Shown here one piece after another: positions 1-11,000 of a stretch of DNA of 32,446 bases (positions are counted from its first letter, which is position 1; the number at the start of each line of letters is the position of its first letter). The notes beneath the pieces are model-generated. The model had not been told where the DNA came from, did not search any database, and was given only the letters and a program-made list of their open reading frames with translations. Location of the stretch: IMG/VR virus record IMGVR_UViG_3300005739_000035, positions 1 through 32,446 of that record, one strand, 5' to 3'. Source of the DNA: a virus (Duplodnaviria; Caudoviricetes). The position numbers and the translations under genes were made by a program.

Positions 1-1134
1 TTGGCTATGGACACGGAGTTCGTGGACTTGGTTGGACTCTCCGAAGAACCGAAGCACGTCTTCATCACAAGCCAAGTCGTTCTCTCTGATAGCGGAACAA
101 TCGTGCAGACGGCAGACAACGTGGTTATCCGAAACGTCAGCATAGACCGCACGGGAGCGCCTGCTGGCTCTGGAGCGGGAAGAACTGCGGCATACTTCCC
201 AAATCGAACATCAACTGCGATCCAGGCATGGACATCAAACGGAACGCTTGCAACAGTTACATCCAACGGACACGGATTGCAGAACGGAGACTCGGTTCGT
301 ATAACAGGGTCTGGCAACACAAGTTTCGACGGAGTTTACACCATAACAAGAATTGACGACAACTCGTTTACATTTCCTTCTACGGTCAACTCGTCTGGAC
401 TAATCGGCACGGCAACAGAGCGATTTGACGATACTTATATCGAGAACTGCCGATTCAGCGGAGACAGCAATAGCGGGATGAGGCAAGCTGTAGAATACGC
501 GGGAACATATCGTAGATGCGTTGGAGGAACCGCATCATTTGCAGGGCTTACTACTGGCTCGGGAGCTATTGCTTCTGGATTATTTGAAGATTGCACGGCT
601 GTAGGAAGCTCTTTTGGCGGAAGCGGAGGAAATGCAAGCGGAACATTTACAAGATGCGTTTCTGGGTCTGACTCTTTTGGTTCAATAGCATCTGGAACAT
701 TTACTGATTGCACGGCTGGGGCGACAAGCTTTGGAGGTCAAGCTGGAGGATCGGCATCTGGAACATTCGTGCGATGCACGGTTGCTGGCGCAGGATTTGG
801 ATCAAGTTCTTCCGGCGGAACTGCTACTGGTTCATTCACCGATTGCACAATTACAAACACATCTTCCTACGGGGGCACATTTACAGGAACAATGCGCCGT
901 TGTCGTTTTGTGACTACAGGAACCAACGCAAACGCGCTACGCGTAGGCGCAGGAGCAAAGATATTCGACTCTACGTTAATCGCCACAGGAACAGGCAACA
1001 GCATTACCGCAGGAAGCGCGGTCACAATCTCTCTCGCTGGATGCCGCATGAACCGCGACGTCAACGCCAACGTCAGCAACAACCTCGGCACATTAACGGA
1101 GAGCTACAACTTGATCGACGCGGATATAGACTAA
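1..1134 (+). CDS. Tail fibre/spike-like protein, 5'-truncated by the window edge
   Basis: Open frame from base 1. Contains a beta-barrel-like insert (TSNGHGLQNGDSVRITG...FDGVYTITRIDDNSFTF, resembling E1-FCCH-like domains of phage tail proteins) and repeated ASGxFxxCxxGxxSFG units suggesting a beta-solenoid. Paralogous to the C-terminal half of 27436-28863. Confidence 0.65.
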   Translation: MAMDTEFVDLVGLSEEPKHVFITSQVVLSDSGTIVQTADNVVIRNVSIDRTGAPAGSGAGRTAAYFPNRTSTAIQAWTSNGTLATVTSNGHGLQNGDSVRITGSGNTSFDGVYTITRIDDNSFTFPSTVNSSGLIGTATERFDDTYIENCRFSGDSNSGMRQAVEYAGTYRRCVGGTASFAGLTTGSGAIASGLFEDCTAVGSSFGGSGGNASGTFTRCVSGSDSFGSIASGTFTDCTAGATSFGGQAGGSASGTFVRCTVAGAGFGSSSSGGTATGSFTDCTITNTSSYGGTFTGTMRRCRFVTTGTNANALRVGAGAKIFDSTLIATGTGNSITAGSAVTISLAGCRMNRDVNANVSNNLGTLTESYNLIDADID

Positions 1135-1143
1135 AGGAGACTT

Positions 1144-2904
1144 ATGCCAATTTCAATTCCATTACCAATAGCTAAAGGAGGAACGGGGCAGGCCGCTACA
1201 GGGGCGGACGCCTTTTCAGCAGGATCACAATGTATTGCAACACAGCAGGGATGTGTTTCTGTGGGGTTTGGAAATCAAGCAACGGGAGCAGATAATTGTT
1301 CAGCTATTGGAAATTCAAATATTGCGTCAGAAGATCAGGACTCGGCGTTTGGATATCTAAATCAAGCAATTGGCGGCGCTTCATCTTCAGTCGGGCATTC
1401 AAATACATCAAGTTTGCTATTATCAAATTCCTTTGGAGCATACAACTGGGCATACGGCACACGCTCCAACGCATTTGGATACGGATGCTACGGAGGCGGG
1501 GCAAACTCCTCTGCCTTTGGATATCGCAATACAATCACAACAACCGGAATCAGCGCGAGTTCTTTTGGATATCTAAATACATGCGGAGGAGACTCGGCGG
1601 TTGCTATTGGGTCCGCGAATAATGCCAGCGGGTTGGCTGCAAGCGCAGTAGGAGCGTCGAATTCCGCAACTGGAACTCTTTCTGGAGCATTTGGGTTGGG
1701 GAATACGGTATCAGCGTCTGATGCTATTGCGTTTGGAAGAAATAATAATTCAACAGCGCAATTAGCGGTCGCGTTTGGATATGCGAACAGTTGCACACAA
1801 AGCAACGCGGTAGGCATTGGATTTAACAATAGCGCAACTGCTGCGGATGCAGTTTCTATAGGAAGAAACAATTCAGCATCTGGAGCGGATTGTTCTGCGC
1901 TTGGAAGATTTAACGATGTTTCAGGTCAAGGTTCTTCTGCTGCTGGTCACAACAATACGATTGCAGGCAACTTTGCTTCGGCGCACGGAAGATACAATAC
2001 ATCTTCCGGCGTTGCATCCACGACATTTGGGGATACAAACATTGCGTCTGGAGAGAACTCCTGCGCGATAGGAAGACTCAATATTGCGAACTCAAAATCC
2101 GCTCAAGCCTTCGGAACGTTCAACTTTGGATACGGGGAGAATAGCAGCGCATTTGGATACGGAACGAGGGCGTCTGGAGCAAACTCATCAACATTCGGAT
2201 ACTTTGCTAGAACAACCGCAGCCAATACGTCAGAGTTCGGATATTGGCCTAGCACAACAACTCGCGGAGGATCTGTTAGAACAGACTCTTCTGGAACCGC
2301 CGCACTTACCTACAGCACAAGTTCTACGGCACTAACAGACGGCGGGGCTACAGCAGGGTCTGAAGCGGCAGGAACGCTTCCTCGCGGGATGTGCGCCATC
2401 CGTCACGACGGAGACGGACAGACGTTCTTGGACGTCAACGATGCCGGAGTAGTAGAGACGAAGAATATCACGTCCATCTTTGGACAGGCTACATCTGGGG
2501 CTGGTTCGGTTGCAGTTGCAGTCAGCGGAACATATTACAAGCTAACCACAGCAGCCACGCTGGATTCCGCGAATACATTGCACATGGCGTTGAACGCTGG
2601 ACAAATCACGCTCCAGAATACATCCGGATACACGCGCAGGTTTCTTGTAACAGCCTATATCAACGCAAGTTCAAACAACCAGAAGACGATGATAGGCTTG
2701 CGAATCGGCAAGAATGGAACAGATTACGCAGGCTCCGAGGCTCGCGGATTCAGCGATGACACAGCCCACCCAACCGGGATCACATCCAGTTTCATCGTAT
2801 CCTTGGACGACGACGACTACGCGGATATCTACGTGACGAACCACACGGACACCGACACAGTAACAATCAATGCGGCACGTATTATCGCGCACTCTATTGA
2901 TTAG
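1144..2904 (+). CDS. Trimeric fibre/adhesin with YadA-like (Hep/Hag) head repeats
   Basis: RBS AAAGGAG just upstream. N-terminal LPIAKGGTG fibre motif, more than 20 tandem ~14-aa repeats (ASGxxSSAFGYxN), and a C-terminal beta-rich domain resembling a C1q/BclA-type jelly roll. Confidence 0.8.
   Translation: MPISIPLPIAKGGTGQAATGADAFSAGSQCIATQQGCVSVGFGNQATGADNCSAIGNSNIASEDQDSAFGYLNQAIGGASSSVGHSNTSSLLLSNSFGAYNWAYGTRSNAFGYGCYGGGANSSAFGYRNTITTTGISASSFGYLNTCGGDSAVAIGSANNASGLAASAVGASNSATGTLSGAFGLGNTVSASDAIAFGRNNNSTAQLAVAFGYANSCTQSNAVGIGFNNSATAADAVSIGRNNSASGADCSALGRFNDVSGQGSSAAGHNNTIAGNFASAHGRYNTSSGVASTTFGDTNIASGENSCAIGRLNIANSKSAQAFGTFNFGYGENSSAFGYGTRASGANSSTFGYFARTTAANTSEFGYWPSTTTRGGSVRTDSSGTAALTYSTSSTALTDGGATAGSEAAGTLPRGMCAIRHDGDGQTFLDVNDAGVVETKNITSIFGQATSGAGSVAVAVSGTYYKLTTAATLDSANTLHMALNAGQITLQNTSGYTRRFLVTAYINASSNNQKTMIGLRIGKNGTDYAGSEARGFSDDTAHPTGITSSFIVSLDDDDYADIYVTNHTDTDTVTINAARIIAHSID
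1210..2250 (+). repeat. Degenerate ~42-bp coding repeats (YadA-type 14-mers)
   Basis: Recurrent GCxTTTGGATA / SAFGY units at ~42-nt spacing. Confidence 0.8.
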
Positions 2905-2906
2905 TC

Positions 2907-2948
2907 TTGATCTAGGGATAGAAGCATTTATTGTCCAACAATAAGGAG
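2907..2948 (+). promoter_or_regulatory. Putative sigma70-type promoter overlapped by a palindromic operator, plus RBS
   Basis: TTGATC (2907-12), 16-bp spacer, TATTGT (2929-34); palindrome TTATTGTCCAACAATAA at 2928-2944; AAGGAG at 2943-48. Confidence 0.55.
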
Positions 2949-2956
2949 AAAAAAGT

Positions 2957-4225
2957 ATGGCTAGCAGATTCGCAGAACTTCGTAAACTTGAGGAAGAAGA
3001 AAGACGCAAAGAGGCTGAAAACTTGCGTTTATCTAAAAAAGATACAGAAAGGCTTTTAGGTAAAGACTGGCGAAAAAGACCTCAAGGAGTTCTAGTGAGA
3101 CAAGAAAAGAAACTTTCTGAGCAACGCGCTAAAAGAAAAGCTGAAGTCGAGAAGGCCGCTGAAGATATGCGCAGCGGAAAGACATCTGGCTTTGTAGGAA
3201 AGGCTGGACGCGATCCTTACGCTGGTGTAGAGGGACCGCTTCCAATGTATAGAACTCCTGAAGAAGCTGAAGCAGCAGGACAAGCGCGATACATTTCTCC
3301 AGAACAAGAGCAATATATGCCAGCACAAGCATATGTTGGAAAGTCGGAGCAAGAGCGAGCCGCGATGGAAACAAGTGGCGAGTATCCGGAAGTTGTTCGA
3401 TTCAAGCCAACCGAAGGAAAGGGTGTAGAGGTTCGCAGGGCGATTCCACAACAGCGAGTCTTCAAGGCAATGATCGAGGGAAAGCCAGAGGAGAGCCAAG
3501 TATTTGACACGGAGGCTGATGCTAAAGCTTTTATTAAGGAAAAAGGCGGAAGAGGGGCGGTCGCATCTGTTCGCGGAACTCCAGAAGAAATGGCTCGCTA
3601 TAAAGAAGAATCAAAAGCTGGAGAACGAGAGAAAGAAAGACTTTCAAAACTATACAAGCAACGTCAAAAGGAAGCCCAAGGCCGCGTTGCAAAGGCACGG
3701 GAAGCCATGCAGGCTTACGACGAAGCAACAACTCCCGCTCAAAAAGAATCCGCTAGAGCCGGAATTGAGGCCGCAAGACTTGAGTCTGCAATGGCTCAGT
3801 CAACTCGCGGAATGTCTGAAGAGCAGAGAAAGAAGTTTGCAGAAGGGCTTGGCGGTGTGCTTGAACGTAGAAAAACAAGAGAGCAAGAGTGGGAGAAAAG
3901 AACAGAAAAGGCTCGCGCAGAATCTAGGGCGCAACAGGCAACGGCTTCGGAGGAAAGGGCAATAAACAACCAACTCAAATTCTATAACCAACAACTTGGA
4001 ACGTTACGCAGAGCGTATAATCAAGCCCGAAGGAATAGGGATGAAGGTGCGCTTTTTGAAATAGGGCAGGCAATTGATGCGTGGAGTGCTGGTGTTCCAG
4101 AAGACCCAAAACAGCAAAGAGATGCCGCAAGACGAGGAATATTAAGGGAAAAATTTGAACAACTTGAAAGAGAACGCAGAAGAAGAGAAGAGCTTGCAAG
4201 AACTAACCCAGACGCCGCAAGGTAA
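2957..4225 (+). CDS. Charged alpha-helical protein, putative internal virion/ejection protein
   Basis: 422 aa, E/K/R/A-rich and coiled-coil-like, good RBS, first of three genes leading to the giant protein. Function inferred from context only. Confidence 0.5.
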   Translation: MASRFAELRKLEEEERRKEAENLRLSKKDTERLLGKDWRKRPQGVLVRQEKKLSEQRAKRKAEVEKAAEDMRSGKTSGFVGKAGRDPYAGVEGPLPMYRTPEEAEAAGQARYISPEQEQYMPAQAYVGKSEQERAAMETSGEYPEVVRFKPTEGKGVEVRRAIPQQRVFKAMIEGKPEESQVFDTEADAKAFIKEKGGRGAVASVRGTPEEMARYKEESKAGEREKERLSKLYKQRQKEAQGRVAKAREAMQAYDEATTPAQKESARAGIEAARLESAMAQSTRGMSEEQRKKFAEGLGGVLERRKTREQEWEKRTEKARAESRAQQATASEERAINNQLKFYNQQLGTLRRAYNQARRNRDEGALFEIGQAIDAWSAGVPEDPKQQRDAARRGILREKFEQLERERRRREELARTNPDAAR

Positions 4226-4230
4226 ATAAA

Positions 4231-5025
4231 ATGTCAAATAAAAGAAGGACAACCTCATTTAACGAAATAGACATGTATCGCGGCGGCTATAGCCCATTTG
4301 AGGCCGCTGGTCAGAGAGCGTTGTCTAGAGAGCCAGCTGCGTTTGATTACACGGAATTGGATAAAAGGTATCCAGTTCAGGGGGTAAGACCTATTGTTCC
4401 TTCATATATTCAAAAGCAAATAGATGAAGAAGAGGTTATTCTTAAATCTCAAGAACTTGAAATGCGAAAACGCGAGGCTCAGTTAAATATTTACGACTCG
4501 CAGTTAAACCAAGAGCGAGCGATGTATGAGCAGATTCCAATGGCTCGACAAGCATTGGCGGAACTCAATCCTGCTGACGATGATTTCTTAAACCAACTTA
4601 TTGCTCAACAGGCTAGCAATCCTCTTGCATACGAAAATCCAGACTTTCAACAAACAGTTGTTAACCCGCTTATCCGTCGCCACGAAATGCTTCAACAAAA
4701 CAAACTTATCATTCAACGCGGGCAACAACCTCAGACAGAGGAGCAAAAGCAAATAACTCCATCCGATTATCAAGATATGGTTGTTAGGAGAAATGCCTTG
4801 CTTGGGAAAAAGAAGCTTGAAGAATTGCAGACAGAAGACCCAGATACGGCATTTGCTGTTGAAGAACTTAATCGAATGATCTTCCAATACCAGCAACAGA
4901 ATGCTCCTCGCGGTGGATTCGGAGGAATGCAACAACCCGCACCAAGCGGAACTCCAATTCCTTCAGCAACTCCAGCGCCACAAGGCGGTGGATTTAACGC
5001 ATTGCGCTCGTTCATCGGAGAGTAG
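4231..5025 (+). CDS. Q/E-rich helical protein, putative internal virion/ejection protein
   Basis: 264 aa, 5 bp after the previous stop, P/G/Q-rich C-terminus. Function inferred from context. Confidence 0.5.
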   Translation: MSNKRRTTSFNEIDMYRGGYSPFEAAGQRALSREPAAFDYTELDKRYPVQGVRPIVPSYIQKQIDEEEVILKSQELEMRKREAQLNIYDSQLNQERAMYEQIPMARQALAELNPADDDFLNQLIAQQASNPLAYENPDFQQTVVNPLIRRHEMLQQNKLIIQRGQQPQTEEQKQITPSDYQDMVVRRNALLGKKKLEELQTEDPDTAFAVEELNRMIFQYQQQNAPRGGFGGMQQPAPSGTPIPSATPAPQGGGFNALRSFIGE

Positions 5026-5033
5026 CAAAGTTC

Positions 5034-5061
5034 TTGGAAACAATAACCATTGCTGTATAGT
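5034..5061 (+). promoter_or_regulatory. Putative promoter of the giant-protein/glycosyltransferase operon (possibly leaderless)
   Basis: TTGGAA (5034-39), 16-bp spacer, TATAGT (5056-61), then 8 nt to the ATG at 5070 with no Shine-Dalgarno. Half-site ACAATAA at 5040-46. Confidence 0.5.
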
Positions 5062-5069
5062 AGGCCGTT

Positions 5070-8000
5070 ATGAGGTTTCCAACTTGGAAGGAAGTAGAAT
5101 CTGATCCAGAATTCCAGTCTTTAGAACCCACAAAGAAGAGAGAATACTTCGGCAAGTGGAGCAAGACTGCGGTGGATCGCGCAATGCAGCAAGGGTTGTA
5201 TCGAGACGAGGAGTTCGCTTCTGGATTCACGGGATGGTATAACCAAAAAGCCAAGGAGTATGGTGAAGAGGAAGAGGTTGGTGACTTCCAGCAACTCTCC
5301 GCTAAATATAAAACACCTAAAGAGGTTGGTGTATTTGAGGGAATATCAAACGCTGCCCGCAATGCATTTGCGTCTTCGCAACAAGCACTCGCTGTAACTG
5401 GAGGTGTAACACCAGAAGAAGCGCAAGAGATTTCAAAGATTGAATACGAGAAGAACGCACGGCAAGTTTCTCCAGACTACAAGGCATACCAAGAGGCTGA
5501 AGGCTGGGATGCGGTAAATGCGTTCATCAACAATCCCGTCGAGGTTACGACAAACATCGTTGCCGAGGGATTGGCTGGCAGTCTTCCGTCTCTTGGAGCG
5601 GGATTAGCTACTGGTGGCGTGGGTGCTGCCGCAGGATCGGTTGTTCCTGGCGTGGGAACTGGCGCTGGCTTTATTGCTGGTCAAGTTGCTGGAACATTTG
5701 CCGGATCGCTTGCTACGGAATACGGAAGCAAGGTTCTTGAAGAGTTGCAGAACGAGGGAATGGATTTGACCAACCCTCAAAGCATTACTGAATTCTTTTC
5801 AAACCAAAAGTTAGTAGATGCGGCAAAGGAAAAGGCTCTAAAGAAAGGCGTTCCTATCGCTGCATTTGAGGCCGTATCTGCTGGTATCGGTGGAAAGGTA
5901 GCAAAGATTCTTGGAACAGCATTCAAGACAAAGACACGCGATGCTGCTGCTGAAATGGTTACGCAGGCCGCTCTAGGAGTCGGTGGAGAGATTGCGGGAA
6001 CAACCGCCGCCGGAGACGAGTTTGACGGAAAGGAATTGTTTGCCGAACTTGCTGGCTCTATCGGTCCTGACGGTGCGCAGATCGCAATCGGAAAGGCGCA
6101 GCAGATTCTTTCCGATCGCCGCAAGCAGAGACAGGTCAAACAAGCGGCAGAAACCGCCGAGAAGCTTGAGAATAGCGATGCGCCACTTACGGCGGATGCG
6201 CTCAAGACAACCGTTGCGAAGAATATCGTTGAACAAGAAAAACAGACCGCAGACAAATTGGACGAGGACTTGGCAGGAGAGGTTGAGAAGGTTTCTGGAA
6301 TGCAACCTATCCGCGAAGAGGAAGCTTTCGTCATGCCGCCGAAGGAAGAGTTCAAAGCATCCTACGCAAAACTCACGCCCGAATCTCTCGCAGAAACGGA
6401 GGCAAGCTTCCAAGAGCAGTTGCAAGACGAAGACGCAGACACCCGTGCTTTCGCGCAAACAGCCCTAGAAGCTCTCGCAGAGTTCAAGGCAGAGCAAACT
6501 CCTATTCCGCCAGCCGCAGAGGCTCCTCTAGAGCAACGCCCTCTCGCTACAGAGACGGGCGCACAGATGTATCAAGCCGAGGCGATCAAGCAAGCATTGG
6601 CGAATAGGCAACCAGTTGGAGCGGATGCAATCGAGTTCTTCGCAAGAGACCCGCGCACTTGGGGAATTGCTATACCGCAAGACTACATCAAGCAAGGGAA
6701 TGTTTATGTGCCGCCGCCTGCTGTAGAAGCGCCAGCGGAAGTTGCGCCTGCTCAAGCAGCAGAGGTTGCACCACCAGTAGAAGCCGCGCCTCCAGCAGTT
6801 GTGGACCCAACCGCAGTTGCTCCTGCCCTACCAGTAGAGCAAACTCCAGCAGAGCCTGTTCCTGCCGTTGATCCAGAAACCATCACGACAACAGATGTCC
6901 AGCCAGAAGCGCCGATAACTCCTCCACCTTCTGCAACAGAGCCGCCGCCACAAAATGTCGTTGGGTTTACAACCGCAAGAGGAAGCACATACGAGATCAC
7001 TCCAGAGGGAAAAACAATTCGCATGAAGCGTTCCGAGGGGCGAGGACAAGGAGAGATTCATCCGCCAAGTTCCGTTTTGTTTGTTTCAGAAGAAGATAGC
7101 AGAAATATACTTGGAGATCAGCAAAGCACATTCGGCAAAGCTGCTGTAAGACTTGGATACATTGAAGGCAACGCATTCAATCCAATAACCGACACAAGAA
7201 GTATTCCGGCTGGAGCGCAGCCAGCAGTTGTATCTGTCGAGCGTGAAAACAATAAGGTTCTTGGTGTATATCGTGCAGAAATACAGCCAAAGGTTGGATT
7301 AAGTCCTGTGGAGAAAGAGTATATGCCTGACGGAAATGCATATCTCCATATCGGGAATCCAATTGTTTCTGTAAGACAGGCAGAAGCTACTCCTCCAACC
7401 GCTCCAACCGCAGAAGCAGAAACATCAGCATCCCTCTCCAGAGTCGCAGACAACACCGCGACAGACGAAGAAGTCGTTCGCCTCGCAAGACAAGGATTGG
7501 TCAACATCCAAGACGGACAGAATGTTATCACCCCGCGAGGAGAAGAGGTCATGCAGAGGGCTGGCGCACCGCTACCCAGACTGACTCCAGAAGAGAGGGC
7601 TGCGGAGGTTGCCGCCGCGCCTGCCGCTATTGTTGAACAAGCGCCGCCAGTCGCAGAGTCTCCAATTGTCACGCCTGCTCCTACGCCAGGGGTTGAGCCA
7701 ATTGAGAGCGCAATAGAAGTTGCTCGGAAAACAAACTTCGCCGCTGCCGCAACAAGGCAAGAGGCTGGAGAGATAGGCAGAAATATAGCAAGCCAAGACC
7801 CGAACCTGCCGCCGCTTCCTCCTCCGCAATTTGATGTTCTTGAAAGCATATCAAACCTTCAAGCAAGACGACCATACAATCCAGATGCGCTAACTGAAGA
7901 CGCTATCAACGAAGCTAGGGATAGCGGATTTATTACGGGTAAGCAGGTCGGAAAACTCAAACTAACCGAAAGCGGAAGGAATCAATTAAAAGAGTGGTCT

Positions 8001-11000
8001 GACCAAGCAAGGGATAGAGACTTTGCGGAATCTTCGCTCCGCGACGAAATCGCTGATATCGCCGTATCTCAATGGGATGCTGCAAATGATCCTGAATCAG
8101 CCGCTGCAATAGCTGCAAGAACAACCAGACCCCCCACTCCTGTAACGACTCCTCCTGTAACAGAAGCCGTTACACCCGCACCCGCCGCAACGACTCCTGC
8201 CGCGCCAAAGGTTGCGCCTGACTGGGAAAAAATGTCTGTGTTCGACAAGGCTGGCGCAATAAATCTGAATGAGCGGGTTATCAATCACCCATTATTCAAC
8301 AAACTTAAAAAATCAATTGATGCAACTTGGGCAAAAACACAAGGGAAGGGAGAGGTCTATCAACAAGATAACGACCTACAATACTCATATTTAGATGCAA
8401 CAATATTGGACAAAAATCCAGATGCTAAAAAAACAGCAGAAAAAATAGCAAGTGATTTAGGCGTAAAAATAGTGAAGGCTCCAGCAACTTCATTATTTGG
8501 AGGGTTCCGACTTGAAATACCCAAACCCGCAACAGCCACAACACCTACCATCCCAACCCCCACCGCTCTAGCAGAAGCCGCGCCTGTAGGTATAGCAGTA
8601 GGCAACCGCGTCAAGACCAAGACCACACCGCAGAGCTTTGTTGTAGAAGAAGTGCTGCCGCAAAGCGCAAGAGAGGCAGAGCTTGGAGAACAATACTACA
8701 GCATCCGCAACGAGCGGACTGGCGAGGTGCAGACTGTCGAGGCTGGAGATATAAGAGCAATCAAAGGCAAGGGCGGAAGGCAAATGGCCGCTGCTCCAGC
8801 AGTAACCGCAGAGCTTTGGGCTACACCACCACAAGAAATATCCAGTGCGGCCACATCAATCAATCAAAGGCAAATGCCAGCCACATTTAAGCGTGTTAAG
8901 TGGCAATCTGGCACAAGAAACGCAGATATAGGTGGTGGAAGATTTGATAATGCGACCGACTATCTTGCTGATATTGGCGTGGAAAATGTTATCTACGATC
9001 CATACAATCGCACTCAAGAATCAAATCAAGCGGCAGTATCTAAGATATCTGGTGGTCAGTCAGATACAGCAACAGTAAACAATGTTCTTAATGTTATTGC
9101 AGAACCAGAATCCCGCAATCTCGTTATTCGTCAGGCCGCAGATGCGATCAAGCCAAATGGAAAGGCTTACTTTTTAATTTACGAGGGAAACAAAAAAGGC
9201 GTCGGATCGCCAACGGCAAGTGGATGGCAGGAAAACAGAAAGGCAGAAACCTATATCGCTGAAATTCGCAAACACTTTGGAAGTGTAACGCGAAAGGGGA
9301 ATTTAATTACTGCGGAAAATCCAATAAAACCAACAGAAGTATTGCGCCAAGCTGAAGGAATACGGGTTGAGGAGGATGCCGAAGTTGTTCCAGAAGCGGA
9401 TCGTTATACTTTTGACGAGGCAGGAATCCGCGCAATAGAGTTCTTCAATGGAGTTGCGCCAGACGGGCTTGTAATTGTTAACGATAGCGTAGACCCAGAA
9501 TACAGATTCAAGGCGAGTTACGATCCGAATACAGGAGACATCACGCTAAACCGCGCATTCATCCGCAAAGGCGAAAGCATCGAAGACATCCTTTCACACG
9601 AACTTGGTCACTACATCTTCAGCGATCCGAAGTTCCAAGCCGCGTTCCAAAGATTCTGGAACGAAATGTCTGATGTAGAAAAGGCGAACGCGGACAAGAT
9701 TATCAACCAGTTCTACAGCAAGCAGAGCGGAGCCGTGCAGATCGAGGAGAAGAAGGTTCGCGCTTTTATGGCATTGGTTGAGGAGGCGAGGTTACTTCCG
9801 AGGTGGAAACAGATACTCAACGCTATCAAGCAATGGCTCAACGATAAGTTCGGAACCAACTTCAATGTAACCGACAGAGGAGCGTTGTCAGTTCTCGCGG
9901 TTGCACACAAGCGATTCAGAAAAGGCGAGGTTATCGTCCGCGAGATGAACGAAGGCGTTTTTCGTATGGCTGCAGAACCAACTCCTGCTCCAGAGGCTAA
10001 AGCCGCGCCAGCGGAACGCCCATTACGCCGCACGAAGATGCAGAACATCATCAACATCTCGACAGGCGTGAAGCGTCCGAGGACAAAGCTTACTGTAGAC
10101 GAGATGGCTGCGCTCAAGGATCAGATCAGAATCGGTGCTAGAAAGCGCAGAGAAGACAAGCAGACGCAGAAGGAGTTTGCCAAGGATGTTACAGAATATC
10201 TGCGAGGGATGGCGATTCGGGGCAAGGTCAGCGCACCTCAACTCCGTGCCATTACAAGCAAGGCGATGCAGACGCAGTTCGACAACGAGGCTTCGATCAA
10301 GAGTTTCATCAACTACGCGAACAAGGTTATCGAGAACGCGAATTACAACCGCGATATCTCGGACGCCAAAGCGGCGATTAAAAGCGCAAAGCGTTTGGCA
10401 AAGCAGAAAGGATTGGCGGGAAACATTAAAGCCAACCTTGAGAAGCTTGCAAACATTGATCCTCGCCAGATTGAGCCAGAAGAGATGGTTGAGGTGGATG
10501 GCGAGATGCCTGTCTCTGTCGCGGAGTTTACGGCGGTTCTAAAGGAATACATGAAGGCGGCTGGCCCCGTTACCGCAGAGGGATACATCCTTGTGCCGGA
10601 TGCGGAGATTACAGACTTCCTTTCCAAGATCGGAGAGCAGGTTGAAGTTAACCGCAAAGCCAACGAAAACCTTGGATTGGACGGAGAACTCGCAGAGATC
10701 GCTGACAAGACTCCAGAGGAGATCGACGCTGAACTTGCAAGGAACGAGGAACGCCGTAAGCGCATTGAAGAGAAGGTCAACAAGCTTGCAGAGGAAGCGC
10801 AGATCGGATTGGTGAAATACGAGAATCCAGAAATTACTTCAGAAGAGAAGCTTGTGCTGGACGATATGAAGCGCATTACGCTGTCCGACATCAGCATTGG
10901 CGAGCGCAAAGAGTTCGTTAAAGTTGCGAACAACATTCTTGTTAACAATAAGTTCCTTGGCGCACAAAAGTTTGCATCCATCGCCAGAGGACAGATTGGT

